Origin: Clostridia bacterium
GTDB lineage: Bacteria; Bacillota; Clostridia; Oscillospirales; Acutalibacteraceae
Assembly: GCA_017450005.1 (NCBI GenBank)
Contig: JAFSYM010000146.1
Location: 2,811 to 66,810, forward strand
Length of the DNA: 64,000 nucleotides
Direction: 5' to 3'
Position 1 is the first letter of the stretch. Every line of letters begins with the position of its first letter. A program made the position numbers and the translations under genes. The notes under the pieces are model-generated. The model had not been told where the DNA came from and ran no database searches. It saw only the letters and a list, made by a program, of their open reading frames with translations. Of the stretch, positions 36,096 to 44,248 are shown one piece after another.

Positions 36096-39000
36096 ATGAA
36101 ACATACCGGAAAAATCATTGCGGCGCTGCTGGCGCTTCTGATGATCGCGGGCAATTGTCTGCCTGCGTTCGCGGACTACGAAGACGGCATGGATTGCCCC
36201 GAATGCGGCAAATACCATTGGGATGACTGGATCGCGTGCGACGACTGCGGCATGTGTATCGACTGCGCGGCGGACTACACCTGCCCGTATTGCGGCGAGT
36301 GTACCTATTGCGCAGGGGAGCAGTGCGGCCAATGCGGCGCCTGTCCCGACTGCGGCGAGATCATCTGCGGCGAGTGCGGCGAGGCGTGCTTCCAATGTGC
36401 GGATGATTCCGAGTTCTGCATAAACTGCAGCCGGTGCGGCGAATGCAACGGCAACACAGCCTGTCCCGGCTGCTGCGAAAGCTGCGGCGAGTGCGAGGCA
36501 AGGGATTTCTGCAGCGAGTGCTTCTTCTGCGAGGACTGCAGCGGCGGCGTCTGCACCGAGTGCGGCAAGGCGTGCTACAACTGCGCGGACGATGACGAAT
36601 TCTGCCAGGCATGCGGACGCTGCGGCGAATGCAACGGCAACACAGTCTGCCCCGGCTGCCATGAAAACTGCGGCGAGTGCGAATCCAAAGACTTCTGCAG
36701 CGAGTGCTTCTATTGCGAAGACTGCGGCGAAATGATATGCACCGAATGCGGCAAAGCCTGCTTTAACTGCTCAGACGATTCCGAATTTTGCATAAGCTGC
36801 GGCCGCTGCGGCGACTGCAACGGAAATACAACGTGCCCCGGCTGCCGCGAGACCTGCGGCGAATGCAGTACATATTATAATCAATGCGGCCATTGCCTTT
36901 ATTGCGAGAATTGCGTGGATTACATCTGTGAAAACTGCGGAGACACGTGCACCAACTGCGCGGATGAGTCCGAATTCTGCGATAACTGCGGTCTTTGTCC
37001 GGACTGCAACGGCGACACCACCTGTACCTACTGCAGCATGACCTGCGGCGAATGCAATAATTACAATCAGTGTCAGGAATGTTTTGCGTGCGAAAACTGC
37101 ACGATCCTGTGTGACGGCTGCATGGATATCTGCGTCGACTGCGCGTACGGCTGGTGCCAGAGCTGCGGACTCTGCGGCGACTGCAACGGCGGTACCGCGT
37201 GCCCGAACTGCGGCGAAACCTGCATGGAGTGCAACAAATACGGCCAATGCTACGACTGCTATACCTGCGAGCAGTGCACAACGATTTGTGTGGAATGCGG
37301 TGAAAAGTGCATCGACTGTGCGGACAGCTTCTGCACAAACTGCAACACCTGTTCCGACTGCAACGGCGATACCGCCTGCCCGAACTGCGGCAACACCTGC
37401 GCGCTGTGCAAGGCCAATCCCCAGTGCGAGGATTGTCACACCTGCGCCGACTGCGTGCTGCTGTGCAGCAATTGCGGCGAGGTCTGCATGGAATGCGCGG
37501 CGGACGGCTGGTGCTTCGGCTGCGACACATGCGCCGACTGCAACGGCGGCACTGCCTGCCCGGGCTGCGGCGAAAGCTGTCTGGAATGTGAAACCATCAA
37601 TCAGTGTAAATCTTGTCATTACTGCGCCGACTGTGTGACAATCTGCGAAGAATGCGGCGACGTCTGCAGCGAGTGCGCGAGCAGCTTCTGCATGAACTGC
37701 AATACCTGCGGCGACTGCAACGGCGACACGGTCTGCGAGGGCTGCGGCAACACCTGCCTTGCATGCGGCAACATTGACCAGTGCCGCGATTGTTACCTTT
37801 GCGCGAACTGTACGGATATTTGCAGCGGCTGCGGCGAGATCTGCTCCGACTGTGCAGGCGGTTGGTGCGACCACTGCATGACCTGCGGCGACTGCAACGG
37901 CGACACCGTTTGCCCATCCTGCAGCATGACCTGCGAAACATGCGGTAATTTTGAGCAATGCCGCAACTGCTGGAACTGCGCAGAATGCGCTGACATCTGC
38001 GTAAACTGCGGCGACGCCTGCTCGGCGTGCGACGCCGGGTTCAACGAAACATTCCATCTGTGCAGCAACTGTGATGTGAACGATGTACAGGTTTCTATTG
38101 TAATCGACAAGATCGACGCCATCGGCACGGTGGAGTACACCGCCGCGTGCAAGGCGAAGATCGACGCTGCGGCAGCCTACTATAACGCGTTGTCCAAGCA
38201 GCAGCAACAGCAGGTGACCAATTACACCGTGCTTGGTGCAGCGCAAAGAAATTATGCCCGGCTGAAAGAGCAAGCAGATCAGCGCAAGGCAAACACGGTG
38301 GTAAACGGCATCAACAATATCGGTACGGTTACCTACACTGGCGAATGCTATAAGAAAATCGCAATGGGAAGAAAAGCGTACACGCAACTGACAGCCGATC
38401 AGAAAGCGCTTGTGACCAATTATGATGTTCTCGCGGCAGCCGAAGCAGAATATGCCAAGCTGAAAGCGGCCGCAGCCGCAACGGCTGCCGACAAGGCCGC
38501 CGTCGATGCTGTGACGAACAAGATCAACGCCATCGGTACGGTCGCTTACACCGACGCGTGCAAAACGAAGATTGACAAGGCAAGAGGCGCCTATGACGCG
38601 CTGACCGCCAATCAGAAAAAGCTGGTGAACAATTACGCCGCGCTCACGGCAGCCGAGGCACAGTATGCCGCGCTGAAAGCGGCTGCGGAAAAGACTGCCG
38701 CCGACAAGGTCGCCGCAGCTTCTGCAGCGGACAAGATCAACGCCATCGGTACGCCTGCCTATACCGCCGAGAGCAAAGCGAAGATCGACGCGGCAAGAAG
38801 CGCGTATAACGCGCTGACGGCCGATCAGAAAGCGCTCGTGACCAACTACACGAAGCTCACGACAGCCGAAGCGAAATATGCCGCGCTGAAAGCGGCAGAA
38901 GAACAGGCGGCTGCTGAGAAAGCAGCAACAGACGACGCGGTCGCGAAGATCAACGCCATCGGCACTGTGGAATACACCGCCGAATGTAAAGCAAAGATTG

Positions 39001-39869
39001 ACGCGGCAAGAAATGCGTACGACGCGCTGACCGCAGAGCAGAAGAGCCATATTACAAATAATGATTACGCCAAGCTGACGGCGGCCGAAACCAAATACGC
39101 CAATCTGAAGGCCAAAGCAGATCAGGCGGCTGCCGACAAAGCCGCTGCGGACGCGGCGACTGCGAAGATCGACGCCATCGGCACGGTGGAAAACAGCGCT
39201 GAGAGCAAGGCGAAGATCGACGCGGCGCGAACAGCTTACGACACGCTGACCGCGGAGCAGAAAAAGCAGGTGACCAATTACGCGGCGCTGAAAGCTGCAG
39301 AAACAGAATACGCCGAAGTCAAAGCCGCTGCCGAACAGGCGGTTGCCGACAAAGCCGCCGCAGACGCAGTGATCGCAAAGATCGACGCGATCGGCACGGT
39401 CGCGTATACGTCCGCGAGCAAGACGAAGATCAATGATGCGAGAGTCGCATATACGGCGCTGACAGAAGCGGGAAAAGCGCTGGTGACCAATTACGGCACG
39501 CTGACGGCGGCGGAAGATGCATACGCTGCGCTGAAAGCGGTGAATCCCGATCAGCCGAGAGTCGTCCATTCCGTCGCGTTCGGCGAAAACGTCACGCTCC
39601 AATGCAAGAAGAGCGCAGAGCTGCATCCGGATATTCATGCCGACGACGTCGCGAGCTGCAAAATAAGCTATTCCAGCTCCAACGAGAAGGTCGCAACGGT
39701 GGACGAAAACGGCAATGTGTTCGGCGTGAAGCAAGGAACGGCGACCATCACTTGTACCGTGACGGATGAAACAGGTACCGAGATGCCTGCCCAATGTACC
39801 GTCACCGTTAAGTACACATGGTGGCAGTGGCTTATCGTGATCCTGCTGTTTGGCTGGATCTGGTATTAA
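36096..39869 (+). CDS. 1257-aa surface protein: Sec signal, ~626-aa CxxC-only cysteine array, 7 Ala-rich helical repeats, Big_2-like Ig domain, C-terminal TM anchor
   Basis: RBS GGGAGGGA 5 nt before the ATG at 36096. Signal MKHTGKIIAALLALLMIAGNCLPAFA. The track ORF (from 35142) runs open through nagB antisense and is over-extended. C-terminus is WWQWLIVILLFGWIWY-stop. Confidence 0.85.
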   Translation: MKHTGKIIAALLALLMIAGNCLPAFADYEDGMDCPECGKYHWDDWIACDDCGMCIDCAADYTCPYCGECTYCAGEQCGQCGACPDCGEIICGECGEACFQCADDSEFCINCSRCGECNGNTACPGCCESCGECEARDFCSECFFCEDCSGGVCTECGKACYNCADDDEFCQACGRCGECNGNTVCPGCHENCGECESKDFCSECFYCEDCGEMICTECGKACFNCSDDSEFCISCGRCGDCNGNTTCPGCRETCGECSTYYNQCGHCLYCENCVDYICENCGDTCTNCADESEFCDNCGLCPDCNGDTTCTYCSMTCGECNNYNQCQECFACENCTILCDGCMDICVDCAYGWCQSCGLCGDCNGGTACPNCGETCMECNKYGQCYDCYTCEQCTTICVECGEKCIDCADSFCTNCNTCSDCNGDTACPNCGNTCALCKANPQCEDCHTCADCVLLCSNCGEVCMECAADGWCFGCDTCADCNGGTACPGCGESCLECETINQCKSCHYCADCVTICEECGDVCSECASSFCMNCNTCGDCNGDTVCEGCGNTCLACGNIDQCRDCYLCANCTDICSGCGEICSDCAGGWCDHCMTCGDCNGDTVCPSCSMTCETCGNFEQCRNCWNCAECADICVNCGDACSACDAGFNETFHLCSNCDVNDVQVSIVIDKIDAIGTVEYTAACKAKIDAAAAYYNALSKQQQQQVTNYTVLGAAQRNYARLKEQADQRKANTVVNGINNIGTVTYTGECYKKIAMGRKAYTQLTADQKALVTNYDVLAAAEAEYAKLKAAAAATAADKAAVDAVTNKINAIGTVAYTDACKTKIDKARGAYDALTANQKKLVNNYAALTAAEAQYAALKAAAEKTAADKVAAASAADKINAIGTPAYTAESKAKIDAARSAYNALTADQKALVTNYTKLTTAEAKYAALKAAEEQAAAEKAATDDAVAKINAIGTVEYTAECKAKIDAARNAYDALTAEQKSHITNNDYAKLTAAETKYANLKAKADQAAADKAAADAATAKIDAIGTVENSAESKAKIDAARTAYDTLTAEQKKQVTNYAALKAAETEYAEVKAAAEQAVADKAAADAVIAKIDAIGTVAYTSASKTKINDARVAYTALTEAGKALVTNYGTLTAAEDAYAALKAVNPDQPRVVHSVAFGENVTLQCKKSAELHPDIHADDVASCKISYSSSNEKVATVDENGNVFGVKQGTATITCTVTDETGTEMPAQCTVTVKYTWWQWLIVILLFGWIWY
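36195..38072 (+). repeat. in-frame tandem coding repeats: nine 59-62-aa units, each with 16 Cys as eight CxxC pairs, plus partial units at both ends
   Basis: Each unit contains C[GSP][DE]CNG[NDG]T.C; I count nine copies of CNGxT. Early units read C.ECG.AC.NC.DD.EFC..C.RCG.CNGNT.CPGC, and the first two close with FCSECF.CEDC. Later units read C..CG..C..CA..(W/F)C..C..C.DCNG.T.C..C...C..C....QC..C..C..C. Confidence 0.85.
38089..39540 (+). repeat. in-frame tandem coding repeats: seven ~65-70-aa Ala-rich helical units
   Basis: Consensus I[ND]AIGTV.YT..[SC]K.KID.AR.AY.ALT..QK.LVTNY..L..AE..YA.LKA, followed by an Ala/Asp/Lys linker. IGT occurs seven times. Confidence 0.8.
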
Positions 39870-39928
39870 GCACAGGGAACGCGCACAGCGCCGATAAACG
39901 CGCGGCGAACGAATAGAATAGACAAAGA

Positions 39929-39975
39929 AAGAGGCTTTTCATCCGAATGCGGAGAGAAGCCTCTTCTCTGTTCAA
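39929..39975 (+). terminator. possible terminator hairpin after the Cys-rich gene
   Basis: Stem AAGAGGCTT / AAGCCTCTT with a ~19-nt loop and a weak T-rich tail. Confidence 0.35.
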
Positions 39976-39997
39976 TACGCTTTCTTCACGGCATTTT

Positions 39998-40480
39998 CCC
40001 TACGGAAAACGTAACGGCGACGTCGTGTATGGAACGCAACCATGCGTTCCGCCTTTGCGCATTTCCGGCGAGATTGTAGGGGCGGGCATGACCGCCCGAC
40101 AGAGACGAAGTCTCTGCAAAAGCGCAAAAAAACCGCAGGCAAAACCTGAAACGAACGAACAAAAATAACCCGGTGTCATTGCGAGCAAAGCGAAGCAATC
40201 CGTCTCCCCCGAAGAACGTTCAGACAAGAACAGGGACCGCGGGTGTCCGGTGGACACCTCTGCCGCAGGCAGAAGCGCCGACCGAGCCGGCAGGCGAGAC
40301 ACGGATTGCCGCAGTCGCTTCGCTCCTTCGCAATGACAGTTTGTTTTATGTGTTTGCGCCGCCGGGGACGGCATGTTGCAGAACGTCGGCACGATGTGGG
40401 CATCGTCCCCTACGAAAAACGCAACGGCGACGTCGTGTAGGGAACGCATATATGCGTTCCGCCTCTGCGCATTCCCGGCG
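39998..40480. repeat. composite intergenic repeat: two 73-nt direct repeats bracketing a family-2 inverted repeat
   Basis: DR 39998-40070 vs 40408-40480 (66/73 identical), each with the palindrome GGAACGCA....TGCGTTCC. Internal IR GTGTCATTGCGAGCAAAGCGAAGCAATCCGT (40173-40203) pairs with ACGGATTGCC...CGCAATGACA (40302-40339). Confidence 0.6.
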
Positions 40481-40509
40481 GTACATGAACATAAACCGCT
40501 TTGTTTCTC

Positions 40510-41925
40510 TTACTTCCAGTAGCTGAGTTTTTCGGAATCAAGTCCGATATCCTTTGCGCGGAAGACGGGATTTGCGCCGCTCTTTTTCTGCGATTCATAG
40601 TCGCGCAGTGCGGCGATCACCGTCGGGGACAGGATCACACAGCAGGGGATGTTGATGATCGTCATGCAGCCCATTGTGATGTCCGCCATCGTCCAAGCAA
40701 AGTCCATCGGGATGATCGCGCCGACAAAAATGATCGCCACGCAAACAATGTAAAAGATTGTCATGAACCGCTTGGAGGGCGTGCGCTTTTTGTTCATGTA
40801 CGCCAGCGCGTTATCCACATAGTAAAGATTGCCCAACAGCGTGGTGAACGCGAACAGGACCATCGCGACCGTGATGAAGATCGGTCCCGCTTTGCCGAAA
40901 ACGGTGGAAATCGCGTTCTGCACATACGGCGCGCCGGAAACCGATTCGTTGTACGCCACGCCGGAGCTCAGGCACATCAGCGCCGTAGCCGTACACAGCA
41001 GCAGCGTATCGATATACACCGACACGGTCTGCACCAGCCCCTGCTTGACGGGATGCGTCACATCGGCGGAGGCGGATGCGTTCGGTGCGGAGCCGACGCC
41101 CGCTTCGTTGGAGTACAGCCCGCGCTTGATGCCGTAGACCATGCACGAGCCGGACAGACCGCCGAATATGGCGCGGAAGTCAAACGCGTCGCGGAAGATC
41201 AGCGCGAACATCTGCGGAATATGCCGGATGTGCGCCAGAATGATAATTAAAGAGATCACAACGTAGGAAATGCCCATAAAGGGAACCACTTTTTCGGTCA
41301 GCCGGATGATGCGTTTGCCGCCGCCGAGCAGGCAGTAGCCCACGCTCACGGCCAAAATCGCGCCCACGATGATCGGCGTTTTCTTCGCATCATAGAAACT
41401 GTATGCCGCGAAAGTGGATTGCAGGTTGTACGAGCACAGCAGGTTGAAGCCGAACGCATATGTCGCAATCAGAAAAACGCAGAACAGCACGCTCAGCCAC
41501 GGCGCCCGGAGCGCTTGTTCGATGTAATACGCCGGTCCGCCGTAGGAGTTGCCGTCGTCGCCGCGGCGTTTATAAATCTGCGCGAGCGTACTCTCCATAA
41601 ATGCGGAGGATGCGCCGATGATGCACATGATCCACATCCAGAAGCATGCGCCGGGACCGCCCAGACAGATTGCCGTTGCCACGCCGACGATGTTGCCCGT
41701 GCCGACACGTGAAGCGGTGGAGACCATCAGCGCCTGAAAAGAGGACACCTTCTGACTGCCGGCAGGTTTTTCCACGATCAGACGGCACGATTCACCCAGC
41801 AGACGAAGCTGCACAAAGCGCGTGCGAAACGTAAAGAACAGTCCGCCGAGCGCGAGGATCACGATCAGTACCGGATAATACATGTATGTATCAACCTGAT
41901 TGAAAAAGTGAAATACCGACTCCAT
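40510..41925 (-). CDS. alanine/glycine:cation symporter (AGCS family)
   Basis: 471 aa, polytopic. SSFQALMVSTASRVGTGNIVGVATAI is the AGCS signature region. Confidence 0.9.
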   Translation of the reverse strand: MESVFHFFNQVDTYMYYPVLIVILALGGLFFTFRTRFVQLRLLGESCRLIVEKPAGSQKVSSFQALMVSTASRVGTGNIVGVATAICLGGPGACFWMWIMCIIGASSAFMESTLAQIYKRRGDDGNSYGGPAYYIEQALRAPWLSVLFCVFLIATYAFGFNLLCSYNLQSTFAAYSFYDAKKTPIIVGAILAVSVGYCLLGGGKRIIRLTEKVVPFMGISYVVISLIIILAHIRHIPQMFALIFRDAFDFRAIFGGLSGSCMVYGIKRGLYSNEAGVGSAPNASASADVTHPVKQGLVQTVSVYIDTLLLCTATALMCLSSGVAYNESVSGAPYVQNAISTVFGKAGPIFITVAMVLFAFTTLLGNLYYVDNALAYMNKKRTPSKRFMTIFYIVCVAIIFVGAIIPMDFAWTMADITMGCMTIINIPCCVILSPTVIAALRDYESQKKSGANPVFRAKDIGLDSEKLSYWK

Positions 41926-41992
41926 ACTTTTCTCCGTTTCCTTTTGATAGCTTTTTCAGTTTACCATGTATTCCTGTACAAATCAACTTTTT

Positions 41993-42021
41993 TTGACAAA
42001 AAATATAAATCAGTCTATACA
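41993..42021 (+). promoter_or_regulatory. candidate promoter TTGACA-17-TATACA upstream of dfx
   Basis: Consensus -35 in an AT-rich divergent intergenic region. A second TGgTATAAT at 42036-42044 lies too close to the RBS. Confidence 0.35.
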
Positions 42022-42072
42022 AGTGTCAAAGAATGTGGTATAATTGTACAAAAAGGAGGTTATAATGTGGAA

Positions 42073-42441
42073 ATGAAATTTTACAAATGCGCACACTGCG
42101 GCCAGATCGTGGCGATCGTTAAAAAGACAGGTGTGCCGGTGATGTGCTGCGGACAGGCGATGGAGGAAATTGTGCCCGGATCGGTCGACGCGGCTGTGGA
42201 GAAGCACGTGCCGGTGATCGACGTGCAGGGCACACAGGTGACCGTAACGGTCGGCTCGGTTGAGCACCCGATGCTGCCGGAGCACTTCATCGAGTGGATT
42301 GCGCTGCAGACGGCGAACGGCAACCAGCGCAAAACGCTCAAGGCCGGCGACGCGCCGCAGGTCGTTTTTGCGATCTGTGAGGGCGACACGGTCGAGGCGG
42401 CGTACGCCTACTGCAATCTGCACGGACTCTGGAAAGCATAA
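42073..42441 (+). CDS. dfx: desulfoferrodoxin (2Fe superoxide reductase)
   Basis: N-terminal desulforedoxin Cys motif CAHCGQ...MCCGQ. SOR-domain motifs EKHVPVI, HPMLPEHFIEWI and CNLHGLW. An alternative GTG start is at 42067. Confidence 0.85.
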   Translation: MKFYKCAHCGQIVAIVKKTGVPVMCCGQAMEEIVPGSVDAAVEKHVPVIDVQGTQVTVTVGSVEHPMLPEHFIEWIALQTANGNQRKTLKAGDAPQVVFAICEGDTVEAAYAYCNLHGLWKA

Positions 42442-42457
42442 AACCACATAACAGCCG

Positions 42458-42504
42458 CAGCCGGACAAACGGGATTACTCCGATTGTCCGGCTGTACTGT
42501 TTTG
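42458..42504 (+). terminator. rho-independent terminator after dfx
   Basis: 11-bp stem CAGCCGGACAA / TTGTCCGGCTG, followed by TACTGTTTTG. Confidence 0.6.
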
Positions 42505-42532
42505 TATGGCGGGTAAACAGGATCTTTCCTGC

Positions 42533-42970
42533 TTATTCTGTTTCGTCGTCTGTTCCGACGATCTGTATGGAGTGCACGTCGTCTGCGTCTACGGAGAATG
42601 CGGTATATTCTTCTGCGGCATATGCGTCGATGGATTTTCCATCCGGCAGATCGATCGAATAATGGTCGACCGGATTGCCGTCTTTATCTGTCGATCTTTC
42701 AGGGGCGCTCAGCGTATACGTGTATTCCTTTCCGTTGAGAAAAATATGCAGATTCTGAAACAGTGTGCCGTCAAACAGCGCGCCGTTTGTGGCGGCGTTG
42801 GCTGTGAATGCCGCACACAGCAGCACTGCGGCAACGATAGCGGCGGCCAGCCAGCCTTTCCTGACTCTGTAGCGTTTTTGGTTTGTCATGTTGATAATCC
42901 TTTCTGTGCATTGTGCGGACGGACGGACGCCGGACATTGCTTGTTTGTATTGTTCATGCATGGTCTCCAT
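42533..42970 (-). CDS. putative membrane-anchored anti-sigma factor
   Basis: Overlaps the 3' end of the ECF sigma gene by 17 nt. Single TM segment (WLAAAIVAAVLLCAAF) and an extracytoplasmic C-domain. No conserved motif recognised. Confidence 0.45.
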   Translation of the reverse strand: METMHEQYKQAMSGVRPSAQCTERIINMTNQKRYRVRKGWLAAAIVAAVLLCAAFTANAATNGALFDGTLFQNLHIFLNGKEYTYTLSAPERSTDKDGNPVDHYSIDLPDGKSIDAYAAEEYTAFSVDADDVHSIQIVGTDDETE

Positions 42971-43439
42971 CCTCCTTCAAGTAGTCTTTCAAATGGTTCC
43001 TTGCACGGTGCAGCGCAGTTTTGACGGCGGATTCACCGACATGTAGCATTTCTGCAATTTCCTTTATCGGCAGATCCTCGTAGTAAAACAGATGCACAAC
43101 CGTGCGTTCTCTCTCGGGCAGCGCCATCACGGCGCAGAACAGATCCCGATCCTGTACGCTGTCGAACGTGTACAGCGTATCAGCTTCTTCAGAGGACACT
43201 GTACAGCGTTTGCGAAACAGCGAGCGCAGCAGGTTGCGGCAGGCATTCACGCAAACGCGCGTCAGCCATTTATCCATGTGTGTTTCGTCCTCGAATGCCG
43301 GCGCGCATGTCCACAGCTTGAGAAAGACATCCTGCAATATGTCCTCGGCGTCCGCATGGCTCTTGACGAACGAGAGCGAAAGCAGAAACAAGCGTTGACT
43401 GTTTCGCTCGAGCGCGGTACGGAAATCTGTTTGCTCCAT
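42954..43439 (-). CDS. ECF-type RNA polymerase sigma-70 factor
   Basis: Region 2 AEDILQDVFLKLW. Region 4 HTH LPIKEIAEMLHVGESAVKTALHRAR. Confidence 0.85.
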   Translation of the reverse strand: MEQTDFRTALERNSQRLFLLSLSFVKSHADAEDILQDVFLKLWTCAPAFEDETHMDKWLTRVCVNACRNLLRSLFRKRCTVSSEEADTLYTFDSVQDRDLFCAVMALPERERTVVHLFYYEDLPIKEIAEMLHVGESAVKTALHRARNHLKDYLKEDGDHA

Positions 43440-43513
43440 GTGTTCACCCCGTTTTGAAAGCTGCTTTCACTACTATAACACAGCAGGCGCCCGAAAGGTT
43501 ACATGCCGCATAG

Positions 43514-43553
43514 AAAAACGCTCCTCCTTACCGGAACAGGTAAAGGGGAGCGT
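43514..43553 (-). terminator. rho-independent terminator after the DUF2461 gene
   Basis: On the minus strand, ACGCTCCCCTTTACC / GGTAAGGAGGAGCGT followed by TTTTT. Confidence 0.55.
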
Positions 43554-43566
43554 GGACGTATGGTGT

Positions 43567-44244
43567 TTACATGGCGTCTCTTGCGGTTTGCGCTGCGGCG
43601 AACAGCAGGTGATAGACGGGACTGATCTGCTCGAAATGGGCAGCCATTTCCGCGTTGAGCGAATCGGAAAACAGGCGCGGGAAATCCGTGCTCTCATGAA
43701 TGAGAAACATTTCCTTGCGGTCGAGCCAGTCGCGTTTCCGAGCCGGTTCATCCGGGTATCGGCTGCGTTTGTACAGTTCGCCGCCCATGACGAAGACATT
43801 TTGTGCGCGGACTGCTTTTTCCGCTTTTTTGTAGAGCGGGTGGTCGTCCTGAATCATCTGCCGCAGACATTGCATGGTCTCACTCGATGCGCTGTACAGC
43901 CCGCATCCGTACATAAAACCGCGCGGCGAGAGCATGAAGAAAAACTCCGGACAATCGGGAAACGCACGGCGGTCGCGCTTGAACGACAGCCACATATAGT
44001 CGCGGTAGAATGCACCGCGCGCACGGCGCATATCGCGGTAGACGCGCGAAATCGTTTTGTCAATCTTCGGAATGGTCACGATTTGCGGGTCGATCCGTTC
44101 GATCGTCGGCGTGAGCGACTCTACCGTCTCAATCAGCGGCTGCAAAACGTGCGTCTTGAATTCCGGCTTATGCTCGGCGTACCATTCGCGGCTGTTCATG
44201 AAATGGTTCATGGACAGAAAGTCGAGCGTTTGCGGTGAATACAT
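43567..44244 (-). CDS. DUF2461 (TIGR02453) family protein
   Basis: 225 aa. N-terminal LDFLSMNHFMNSREWYAEHKPEF resembles DUF2461. Assignment is from memory only. Confidence 0.6.
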   Translation of the reverse strand: MYSPQTLDFLSMNHFMNSREWYAEHKPEFKTHVLQPLIETVESLTPTIERIDPQIVTIPKIDKTISRVYRDMRRARGAFYRDYMWLSFKRDRRAFPDCPEFFFMLSPRGFMYGCGLYSASSETMQCLRQMIQDDHPLYKKAEKAVRAQNVFVMGGELYKRSRYPDEPARKRDWLDRKEMFLIHESTDFPRLFSDSLNAEMAAHFEQISPVYHLLFAAAQTARDAM

Positions 44245-44248
44245 GGTA

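Noticed and set aside
36195-39540. Regular ~180-200-nt DNA periodicity that might suggest a CRISPR array or satellite
   Set aside because: The repeats are contiguous, in-frame and diverged, with no unique spacers. There are no cas genes in the window. These are protein-coding tandem repeats.
36771-39794. 1007-aa minus-strand ORF, plus many 80-250-aa ORFs in other frames across the Cys-rich gene
   Set aside because: These are by-products of the TGC/GCN-rich repeat coding sequence. Only the + frame has a signal peptide, an RBS, ordered repeats, an Ig domain and a TM anchor.
39947-40598. Cluster of 60-150-aa ORFs on both strands in the long intergenic gap
   Set aside because: They lie entirely within direct and inverted repeats, overlap each other, lack RBSs and translate to Arg/Pro/Cys-rich junk typical of repeat-derived ORFs.
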